Source: a virus
Lineage: Duplodnaviria; Caudoviricetes
DNA: 25,379 bases
Direction: 5' to 3' (one strand)
IMG/VR virus record: IMGVR_UViG_3300020045_000565
Coordinates: 1-25,379 of that record
Below the pieces are notes generated by a model. It saw only the letters and a program-made list of their open reading frames with translations, had not been told where the DNA came from and ran no database searches. Each line of letters opens with the position of its first letter. Position 1 is the stretch's first letter. Below, in pieces: positions 19,106 through 25,378 of the stretch. A program made the translations under genes and the position numbers.

Positions 19106-19460
19106 TCTTTTTCCTATCATATGTAATAATCCTGTGGCAATTTGAACACAACAAAGTACATTTTCTGATTTCTTTGAAAACCACTTTCAACTTATAATTT
19201 GAAAGCATAGTTCCAACTGGCGCGATTTTGTTGTCTTCTGTATGGTCGAAGTCGAGAGCTACCGGGCTTTTATTGTAGCCACAAGATTGGCAGCCTTTTG
19301 CAACTTTGTACTTTGAAAGCCAGTATTTTCTACGCTCGTACTTTGGCTTTCTATTTTTATACCAATTGTCGTCTCGATACTTTTTAAATTTATCCGGGTT
19401 AGCTAAATAGTACGCACGCTGATACTGTTTTCGTTTTTCAATATCAACCTCCGTCATCAT
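19095..19460 (-). CDS. Free-standing HNH-type endonuclease 2
   Basis: CQSCG...ALDFDH...EIRKCTLLCSNCHRI. Very AT-rich. Start is uncertain (19457 or 19460). Confidence 0.8.
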   Translation of the reverse strand: MMTEVDIEKRKQYQRAYYLANPDKFKKYRDDNWYKNRKPKYERRKYWLSKYKVAKGCQSCGYNKSPVALDFDHTEDNKIAPVGTMLSNYKLKVVFKEIRKCTLLCSNCHRIITYDRKKNDP

Positions 19461-19578
19461 CCTCATCTTCCTCAATTACATTCTTACTACGCTTGGGAAA
19501 CCGGAAGTCCTTTTCCTTGTGGAACTTCCGGCGTATTTCCCTCTTCTGCTTTTCTTCGTACTTGTTAAGTCCGCTCAT
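19444..19578 (-). CDS. Small highly charged protein, 44 aa (absent from the ORF track)
   Basis: MSGLNKYEEKQKREIRRKFHKEKDFRFPKRSKNVIEEDEDDDGG*. It fills the gap exactly and overlaps both neighbouring genes. Confidence 0.6.
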   Translation of the reverse strand: MSGLNKYEEKQKREIRRKFHKEKDFRFPKRSKNVIEEDEDDDGG

Positions 19579-19849
19579 AGCTCTCAAACTCTGGAGTCAC
19601 ATCTCGACCGCCTAGGTTGTCACGTCCATACTCAAACTCAATAAGAAGTTCAATGTAGTGCTTAGCCTTCAGGAGGTCCTCTAGACCCCCCTTAGACTTA
19701 TGACGTGAAACGTACTTAATAATATTAGATTGACAATGATCCAAGTGATTACGCATACAATACTCGATAGGTTGGATAGCAAAGTCTTTATAATGGCCGC
19801 CACCTACCTGTACGTCAAGCGGATTCGTCGTCGTAGTCGAGGAGGTCAT
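19565..19849 (-). CDS. DUF3310 / T7 gp1.7-like putative nucleotide kinase
   Basis: QVGGGHYK...IQPIEY...NIIKYVSRHKSKGGLEDLLKAKHYIELLIE. Start taken at MTSS with a GGAG RBS. Confidence 0.8.
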   Translation of the reverse strand: MTSSTTTTNPLDVQVGGGHYKDFAIQPIEYCMRNHLDHCQSNIIKYVSRHKSKGGLEDLLKAKHYIELLIEFEYGRDNLGGRDVTPEFESYERT

Positions 19850-20075
19850 CCCATTCTCCGTTGGCTTCAAGGTCTTCATCGTCTCCAATTGGTTCAAGAA
19901 CTCCGTAGAAATAGTAAGCGGTTGGGGGTCGAGTGTCCACCTCGCGCCACTTCCTAGTTTTCTCTCGGCTTCCATTCTGTAGTTGTTCAAAATCTGTCCT
20001 AGAGACAAGATCAATTCCTCCGTCTTCACCCAACCAGAAAAAGAGGTCATGGACCTCGCGCTCTGTATCATTCAT
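19815..20075 (-). CDS. Hypothetical acidic protein
   Basis: 86 aa, overlapping both neighbours in the operon, with AAAGGA upstream. Confidence 0.6.
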   Translation of the reverse strand: MNDTEREVHDLFFWLGEDGGIDLVSRTDFEQLQNGSREKTRKWREVDTRPPTAYYFYGVLEPIGDDEDLEANGEWDDLLDYDDESA

Positions 20076-20274
20076 TATTATCGTTATCCTTTATATCAAA
20101 GCCGAGCTCCTCATAAACATCCTCGATATTGTCAACGATATCTTCCTCTAGAAGATCAACTATTCGTTCAATAGAGATATTCAAAAACTCGACCAGCTCC
20201 CAACCCTCGAACTTATCAATGAGGGCATTCCTAATCAAGGGGCTAAGTTCGCCCTCATCCATAATACTCATCAC
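20068..20274 (-). CDS. Hypothetical acidic protein
   Basis: 68 aa with an AGGAG RBS. Contains ELVEFLNISIERIVDLLEE. Confidence 0.65.
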   Translation of the reverse strand: MMSIMDEGELSPLIRNALIDKFEGWELVEFLNISIERIVDLLEEDIVDNIEDVYEELGFDIKDNDNNE

Positions 20275-20276
20275 TC

Positions 20277-21020
20277 CTAACCGTATGCTTTCTTTACCCT
20301 GTCGAGGCTAATCCACTGGAAGTCAAACAACCCGTCTTCAGCGTTGTCTAGGACAGCGATACCACGAGACCACATAGCGTTTGCAGGGCCTGCGTAATCA
20401 GCGTCATAGTCTACGTACGAGCCACAAGCAAGACCCATAAGGGATCGTCCCGGGGTCCTATCAATCTTGTAGTCTGTGACGTGTGAGTGACCAACAACTG
20501 TACTCTTATTCCGCTTTTTGATAATGCTCCAAGCTGGATGAGTTCCACCGATAGGGCGACCCATCAAACCTGATGTTGCGTAGTGCATGAAGTCGATACC
20601 CTGGATATCAATAGGCTGAAGAAAAGGGACTACTTCCCAAGGATAATCCTCGTAGCCGATATCCGAGTTCTTCAACTTACCTTCAAACACAGGGTTCTCA
20701 GCGACATACCGTTCAGGACGAATGTCGTGATTGCCCAAACAGAAAACGAAGCGAGGCATCTTCTTCTTAGCTTTACGTACGTAGTGGAACAGCTTCTCTT
20801 GTGCGTCCTTAGCAGCGTTGCAGTCAGCTTCGTAACGAGCACCTTCCATCTCTGCGGCCTTACTGTGGAAACATAGGGACGGCATATCAGCAAGATCGCC
20901 GATGTTAACTACTACGTCGGGCTTCATGTCGTGGATAAGTTGTCCGGCCCAGAGGAACCTATCGTTGTTATAGTCGGGGTGGGCGTGAGAATCTGGAAGG
21001 ATTAAGATGCGCTTACCCAT
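20277..21020 (-). CDS. Calcineurin-like metallophosphoesterase
   Basis: DSH, GDLAD, GNHD and GHSH motifs. Confidence 0.85.
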   Translation of the reverse strand: MGKRILILPDSHAHPDYNNDRFLWAGQLIHDMKPDVVVNIGDLADMPSLCFHSKAAEMEGARYEADCNAAKDAQEKLFHYVRKAKKKMPRFVFCLGNHDIRPERYVAENPVFEGKLKNSDIGYEDYPWEVVPFLQPIDIQGIDFMHYATSGLMGRPIGGTHPAWSIIKKRNKSTVVGHSHVTDYKIDRTPGRSLMGLACGSYVDYDADYAGPANAMWSRGIAVLDNAEDGLFDFQWISLDRVKKAYG

Positions 21021-21483
21021 TCCACTTCTCCAAATAGTTTAGCATATTCTGCAAAGTATTTTCACTTTCTTTTACAAGACCTAAAACTTTATTGCAATGA
21101 TTGCACAAAATGTCTCTAATTTTCCCAGTAGAGTGGCAATGATCTACTACTCCGCGATTCTCACCTTTTAAAGTTAAAGGCGTTGCACAACAAACGCATT
21201 TATTGTTCTGCTGTTCTAATTTGTTTTCAACTTCTGAATACGAGAGCTTGTACTTCTTTTTATAATGATATTCAGCTCTTTCTTCAAAAGACATTTCAGA
21301 CCAAGTTTTTCGAGCTTTCTCTTGCTCTTCTTTTCTACAAGGCCTATTTGTTTGCCACCTTTTAACTTCTTTAGCTTTAGAGAGTCGTTTTTCTCTGTGG
21401 CGTCTGTAATGTTTCTGAGTTGATGTCAAGTCATCTCTAAAAGTCCACTCGTCTATAATGCAATTCCCGTGAGGTTTACTCAT
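21013..21483 (-). CDS. Free-standing endonuclease VII-family (His-Me) homing endonuclease
   Basis: QNNKCVCC...VVDHCHSTGKIRDILCNHCNKVLG. Very AT-rich. Start taken at MSKPHG, overlapping the end of the upstream gene. Confidence 0.8.
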   Translation of the reverse strand: MSKPHGNCIIDEWTFRDDLTSTQKHYRRHREKRLSKAKEVKRWQTNRPCRKEEQEKARKTWSEMSFEERAEYHYKKKYKLSYSEVENKLEQQNNKCVCCATPLTLKGENRGVVDHCHSTGKIRDILCNHCNKVLGLVKESENTLQNMLNYLEKWNG

Positions 21484-21841
21484 ACCATTCCTTCGGAATA
21501 GTGGTTCCTTCACTCCAAGGAAAACCGTTGTCGTCACACCATTGCCAATACATACGGCTATTGCTACTCTTTGTTATACGATTGTTTGCTTTCTGAAATA
21601 AGAACCGAATGTCAAGATGTGGATTCTGTCGCTTAACGGCAATCATCTTTGTACGATCCTTACTCTCGAAGTAACCCTTAGCTTCTACGATGATGCCGTT
21701 ATCAAGAACGAAGTCAGGGATATACCTCTTAGTAAGTGTATACTTTACGACAGGTTCTGACGGCTCATGAGCAGCTTCAGGATTAGCCAGAGCTACTCGC
21801 TCTTCATATCCACTCCTATACTTCCGTTTGGGGGACTTCAT
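21476..21841 (-). CDS. Endonuclease I / Holliday junction resolvase (T7 gp3-like)
   Basis: YRSGYEE, YIPDFVL, IVEAKGYF, DIRFLF and YWQWC motifs. Confidence 0.85.
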   Translation of the reverse strand: MKSPKRKYRSGYEERVALANPEAAHEPSEPVVKYTLTKRYIPDFVLDNGIIVEAKGYFESKDRTKMIAVKRQNPHLDIRFLFQKANNRITKSSNSRMYWQWCDDNGFPWSEGTTIPKEWYE

Positions 21842-22664
21842 ATACGTCTGGTTCCTTCTTTACCGTAACGAGATACCGCGGCCCCGTAGAATAGATGAAC
21901 GTACGGAGACCGGGATAACACTCGTGCTTGAATGCGCAGTAAGAACACTGTGTTCCAAGCTTCATGTTCCCACTCTTGCCATCAGGCTCAGGCTCGAAGC
22001 AACGAGGGGGTGGAGTATCGAGTGCGATAACTTCCTTCAGGTGTTTGATACGAGGGGCTGGTGGGTGGTCCGCTACGATAGAAGAACTTACGTTCATCAC
22101 TGTAAGATCACCACTCACCTTGTCGGCGGCAAGAAAAGCTCCACCTTCTCCCGGAGTAAGGACACCTGTGTAGCCAGAGATTTGTTGGATATAGCCAAAA
22201 GGGTCATTCTCAATGAGTGAATGGTCTTTGAATTTCTTATACGAATAGGGACTCGCTGACTTGACATCGACAACGACACCATCAATGATAGCGTCGATAT
22301 GCCCCTTGACACCATCCACTTCAACTTCCATTTGCTCAGACTGAACATCATGGCCAGATTCTTTAGCAAGGAATAGAAGAAGAGCCTCAATTACATCACC
22401 ATACATGAATTTGAAAAACGTCTTAGACGTCATCTCTTCTGCAGGATACCCCTTAGCCATGTACCACAACTGGCGGTCTGGCTTACCAAGAGCAGAGAAG
22501 CGTAGTGGGTCACGAACATTCTCACGAGAGGCTAGTCGTACGCGCATGAGATTCTTCATGTTCTCGCCGAACTGTTCTAGGTTCTCTTCGTTAGGTTCGT
22601 GCATTACATTCGGGTCGAACAACGAATAGATGTCCGACACGAGGGTGTCAAGTGTTTTCGTCAT
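21816..22664 (-). CDS. PD-(D/E)XK Cas4-like exonuclease
   Basis: LRFSALGKPDRQLWY, GHIDAIIDGVVVDVKSAS, YIQQISGY and CSYCAFKHEC. Start taken at MTKTLD. Confidence 0.8.
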   Translation of the reverse strand: MTKTLDTLVSDIYSLFDPNVMHEPNEENLEQFGENMKNLMRVRLASRENVRDPLRFSALGKPDRQLWYMAKGYPAEEMTSKTFFKFMYGDVIEALLLFLAKESGHDVQSEQMEVEVDGVKGHIDAIIDGVVVDVKSASPYSYKKFKDHSLIENDPFGYIQQISGYTGVLTPGEGGAFLAADKVSGDLTVMNVSSSIVADHPPAPRIKHLKEVIALDTPPPRCFEPEPDGKSGNMKLGTQCSYCAFKHECYPGLRTFIYSTGPRYLVTVKKEPDVYEVPQTEV

Positions 22665-22830
22665 ATTCAATACCAAACTTCTTCAAGGTTTCTACAGACT
22701 CTAAGTAGTCTTCACGTTCGTAGTAAGGGCCTCCACAACAATCAGGGTCGCCACAAGAGTTGTCAGTTTCATACCCAACAACATAGTCAATAGCCCATTT
22801 AAGTTCTTGGAGTTGTGTCAGGTTTAGCAT
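22648..22830 (-). CDS. Small hypothetical protein with a CGDPDCCGG Cys cluster
   Basis: About 60 aa with GAGG upstream. Overlaps both neighbours. Start is uncertain (22830 or 22839). Confidence 0.55.
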   Translation of the reverse strand: MLNLTQLQELKWAIDYVVGYETDNSCGDPDCCGGPYYEREDYLESVETLKKFGIEYDENT

Positions 22831-23032
22831 TGTCGTCATCCTCTTCGACGAATACAGTATCAAAGTCCCATGTATCGTTGTCATAGACTACGGACGAAGG
22901 AAGGAACTCAGCAAGAGCTAGAGCATAAGCCTTCTCTCGCCAGTCTTGACCCTCATCTATGTCTACAGAAGCGTATCCTCGCTGTATGAAATTACCCTTA
23001 CGTTTGAATACGATATCAATTCTCTTGCTCAC
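22799..23032 (-). CDS. Hypothetical protein
   Basis: GTG start in a GTGA overlap with the upstream micro-ORF, giving MSKRIDIVFKRKG... (77 aa). Confidence 0.6.
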   Translation of the reverse strand: MSKRIDIVFKRKGNFIQRGYASVDIDEGQDWREKAYALALAEFLPSSVVYDNDTWDFDTVFVEEDDDNAKPDTTPRT

Positions 23033-23088
23033 CGAGTTACCATCAAAAAGACACCAATACACATAATTATAATAAAAACCAAATCCAT
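23029..23088 (-). CDS. 19-aa hydrophobic micropeptide
   Basis: MDLVFIIIMCIGVFLMVTR*. Starts in a TAATG overlap and ends in a GTGA overlap. Confidence 0.55.
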   Translation of the reverse strand: MDLVFIIIMCIGVFLMVTR

Positions 23089-23171
23089 TACAAAGCTACC
23101 AGAGCCGTAACAGAGTCGACAAAACAGTACACAACACAAACCCACAAAGCAATAGAATCAGTTTTAGACAT
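23088..23171 (-). CDS. 27-aa hydrophobic micropeptide
   Basis: MSKTDSIALWVCVVYCFVDSVTALVAL*, with GGAG 7 nt upstream of the ATG. Confidence 0.55.
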   Translation of the reverse strand: MSKTDSIALWVCVVYCFVDSVTALVAL

Positions 23172-23185
23172 ACGTCATCTCCAAT

Positions 23186-23276
23186 AAAAAGCAGCCCAGT
23201 GCCCACAAGCCGAATCGAACGGCAATAGTCCTCCCTTGTCAGGGTGCAGGTTATACTCTACCGCGCTGGGCGCACC
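23186..23276 (-). ncRNA. tRNA-like structured RNA or degenerate tRNA
   Basis: T-arm GCCG-TTCGATT-CGGC, hairpin CCCT-GACA-AGGG, complementary ends (GCCCAG/CTGGGC) and a U-tract. No CCA end and no canonical cloverleaf. Confidence 0.45.
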
Positions 23277-23289
23277 CACGGTCGAGACT

Positions 23290-23365
23290 TGGCAGATCTA
23301 CGAGGACTCGAACCCCGCTATCCGGTTTTGGAGACCGGTGCATCGCCCCTTAATGCTTTAGACCC
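23290..23365 (-). tRNA. trnW: tRNA-Trp (anticodon CCA) with encoded 3' CCA and a non-canonical core
   Basis: 76 nt. Acceptor GGGTCTA/TAGATCT, D stem GCAT/ATGC, anticodon arm CCGGT-CTCCAAA-ACCGG, T arm CGGGG-TTCGAGT-CCTCG, G73-CCA. Confidence 0.9.
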
Positions 23366-23373
23366 AAACTTAT

Positions 23374-23925
23374 TTACATGGGCAATTCATCTGAGAGATC
23401 GTCGTCAAGACCAAAGTCCTTAGCGAACTCTTCATCACTCACCTTCATAGCTTCTTGGAAGAACTCGTCGTCTTCTGTGATAGCGCCGAAGTCATCCTTC
23501 TCGTACGGGACAAGATTGAGAACTCGCACTGCTCGAATGTAAACGCCCGGCTTCTTTCCGGGACCGAAGTCCATCTTAACAAACTTAACATCAACGTCTG
23601 ACTGATTGCCAATCAACTTGCTATCATCCCACGGCTTGCCCGCAGCATCAACAATCTTGATAGGTTCGTTCTTAGTCACACCATCCTTACGGTATTCAGC
23701 CTGTCGGAAAGACATGAACGGAGAACCGTCAAGATAGTTATCCTTGGTCTTAATGCGATCACCGATACCGGCAGCCTTAAGTTCCTTCAGACTATTCTTG
23801 TCCGTCAGTTGAAGGTCCATCTTCCATTCCTTACCAGACTTGTCATAGTTAGGAATAGGATCACCGAGAATCTTAGCATACATTGCCTTACCACGGATAA
23901 CGAACGTCTGAGTCTTACTTACCAT
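23374..23925 (-). CDS. Single-stranded DNA-binding protein (T7 gp2.5-like)
   Basis: IRGKAMYAKI, PIKIVDAAGKPW...LIGNQS, AVRVLNLVPYE and an acidic C-terminal tail. Start at MVSK with an AAAGGA RBS. Confidence 0.8.
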   Translation of the reverse strand: MVSKTQTFVIRGKAMYAKILGDPIPNYDKSGKEWKMDLQLTDKNSLKELKAAGIGDRIKTKDNYLDGSPFMSFRQAEYRKDGVTKNEPIKIVDAAGKPWDDSKLIGNQSDVDVKFVKMDFGPGKKPGVYIRAVRVLNLVPYEKDDFGAITEDDEFFQEAMKVSDEEFAKDFGLDDDLSDELPM

Positions 23926-23937
23926 TAAATTATTTCC

Positions 23938-24076
23938 TTTCATAGTCGCTTTGCGACGTACTTTCAAGTTGTGGAATCCGATGCGGCTATTAGCGGACCA
24001 CTAGTTGTCCTGACCACCTGCGTACCCTGCTTCTGCAGTTTTGACCCCGCTCGGATAAACACGGGCGCTTACTCTA
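23938..24076 (-). promoter_or_regulatory. Structured 5' leader / candidate ncRNA upstream of the SSB gene
   Basis: ATCCGA-GCGG...CCGC-A-TCGGAT closing stem enclosing the hairpins CTGC-AGAA-GCAG and GGAC...GTCC. A GTCGC-AAA-GCGAC hairpin lies just before the RBS. Confidence 0.45.
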
Positions 24077-24082
24077 TACTAC

Positions 24083-24111
24083 ATTATACCAACTTTTCAC
24101 TCAAATGTCAA
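24083..24111 (-). promoter_or_regulatory. Consensus sigma70-type promoter
   Basis: TTGACA, 17-nt spacer, TATAAT, with an extended -10 TG. Lies in an intergenic gap and points at the SSB gene. Confidence 0.9.
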
Positions 24112-24120
24112 CAGGTATTT

Positions 24121-24258
24121 TCACATGAAGAACTTTTTCTTCAAATCGTCTAAAAGCTTTTCGTCGTCCTTATCCGTCCAATTATATTTGTCGGACTTTC
24201 CCCAATAATAAGCATGAGCAAAAGCTTTTAGAACATCAAATTTTTCTTTCTTTTCCAT
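24121..24258 (-). CDS. Small hypothetical protein (45 aa)
   Basis: MEKKEKFDVLKAFAHAYYWGKSDKYNW... Overlaps the end of the upstream gene. AT-rich. Confidence 0.45.
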   Translation of the reverse strand: MEKKEKFDVLKAFAHAYYWGKSDKYNWTDKDDEKLLDDLKKKFFM

Positions 24259-24431
24259 TTTATTTTGTCTTTTTCTAGTTGTTTGATTGAGCACCAAGCG
24301 TTTCCATAACCTTCTGGGAATGTCCAAGGGTCTGGAAGATACGCGTAATCTTGACCGTTTACAGTTTTAACAGTACCGTACGGAGCCTCTTGCTTCCACG
24401 GATTGCTTTCCCTTAGTGTGTCTGCGCCCAT
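24228..24431 (-). CDS. Small hypothetical protein (67 aa)
   Basis: Start MGADTLRES with a GAGG RBS immediately after the upstream stop. Confidence 0.55.
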   Translation of the reverse strand: MGADTLRESNPWKQEAPYGTVKTVNGQDYAYLPDPWTFPEGYGNAWCSIKQLEKDKIKWKRKKNLMF

Positions 24432-24432
24432 A

Positions 24433-25140
24433 TCAAACCTCAATAGTCCAAGGTTCCCAATCTTCGTTCTCTCCGGGATAGCCGCGAGGGTTGCATACAA
24501 CGCGAACTCCTTTGACAACTACGTCTGCAGCAGCGTGAGTATGCCCGTGGCACCAGACAAGAATCTGATCCTTGAACTCAATAAGAAGTTCTTTAAGAAA
24601 CGGGTTCCAATACCAATCATTACTGTAGTGTCCTGCGAACCTAGGGTTCAAGCTTTCAAGACACGGAGCCATATGGGTTACAACGACCCCTTTCTTCTGG
24701 TAGTCTTTCCATTGCTTCAGAGTTTGTCGAATTAGCATAGTATCTCGACGAGCAAGCATGTTCATCTTATCTGCAGACACAACCATGCGTTTGCTGTCGT
24801 TCATGTACCCTTGCCAGAGTTCTTCATCCTGTACTTGATACCAACCAGTCTTCAGAATAAAAGGAATTCCTTCTACTTCAACTTCACACGGATACTCCTC
24901 TCGGAATCGAGCTTCCGTCTCCATGATATCACGGCCTGTTGAAATGTTAGCGTAGTTCTCATGGTTGCCCGGACAAGCTAGAACCTGAAAGCCTTTATTC
25001 CGCATCTTTTGTAGAAACTTCAAACCTTCAAGCCCGTTGCTAGTGTCTCCTGCAACTACAACAACTTTCTCCAACCTCTCGTACGGAGTTTTAGGCTGTG
25101 GAAAGTCCACATGCATGTCACTAATTAAACTGAACTTCAT
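24433..25140 (-). CDS. Second calcineurin-like metallophosphoesterase
   Basis: ISDMH, AGD, PGNHE, VVVTHMAP, WCHGHTH and VVCNPRGY motifs. Start at MKFSLISD. Confidence 0.85.
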   Translation of the reverse strand: MKFSLISDMHVDFPQPKTPYERLEKVVVVAGDTSNGLEGLKFLQKMRNKGFQVLACPGNHENYANISTGRDIMETEARFREEYPCEVEVEGIPFILKTGWYQVQDEELWQGYMNDSKRMVVSADKMNMLARRDTMLIRQTLKQWKDYQKKGVVVTHMAPCLESLNPRFAGHYSNDWYWNPFLKELLIEFKDQILVWCHGHTHAAADVVVKGVRVVCNPRGYPGENEDWEPWTIEV

Positions 25141-25157
25141 AACAAATCTCATCCAAA

Positions 25158-25193
25158 CTAGTGTGTTGAGGCCCATGTCAAACCTACTTTAGC
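25158..25193 (-). pseudogene. Orphan C-terminal fragment resembling a family A DNA polymerase end
   Basis: Reads AKVGLTWASTH*, matching the K-x-G-x-x-W-x-x-x-H-stop ending of T7-like polymerases. It overlaps the HNH stop in a different frame. Confidence 0.65.
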
Positions 25194-25378
25194 TCTTTGT
25201 TGATATACTTAATCAGCTTTTGCAGCTGCTCTACAGACATATCAGTCTTCATTTGGTCGGCCCTATTTGAAATAACACAGACATTTCCTTTAACATAGCC
25301 GTCCATGTTGTCTATCCTGTCAAGAACAGGAGAAGAAGCTTGAATTGCACCTTTTCCTCTCTCTAGTTTAATACCGAG
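25184..25378 (-). CDS. HNH-type homing endonuclease, 3' part (truncated by the window edge)
   Basis: LGIKLERGKGAIQASSPVLDRIDNMDGYVKGNVCVISNRADQMK...KELK*. Same family as 18288-18728. Not in the ORF track. Confidence 0.8.
   Translation of the reverse strand, partial: LGIKLERGKGAIQASSPVLDRIDNMDGYVKGNVCVISNRADQMKTDMSVEQLQKLIKYINKELK

Noticed and set aside
19095-19120. Duplicated gene tail after HNH 2
   Set aside because: Only ATGAC is shared with the end of the upstream 44-aa gene, which is too little to count as a duplication.
19850-20071. 74-codon N-terminal extension of the DUF3310 ORF
   Set aside because: Fully overlaps the better-supported 86-aa gene, and a good RBS precedes the ATG at 19849.
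21816-22664. Cas4-like gene as a sign of CRISPR-Cas
   Set aside because: No repeat-spacer array or other cas genes were seen. Solo Cas4-like exonucleases are common in phage replication modules.
23240-23289. HDV-like (theta) ribozyme directly after the tRNA
   Set aside because: Only a simple hairpin was found by eye, with no nested double pseudoknot, and the tRNA already encodes CCA. A covariance-model search is needed to exclude it fully.
23975-24020. SRP RNA domain IV similarity (GGTCAGG)
   Set aside because: Lacks the GNRA tetraloop and the AGCAG partner strand.
57-25140. Stop-codon reassignment or an alternative genetic code
   Set aside because: Genes are intact in the standard code, TAA, TAG and TGA all terminate genes, and the tRNA anticodon is CCA rather than a suppressor.
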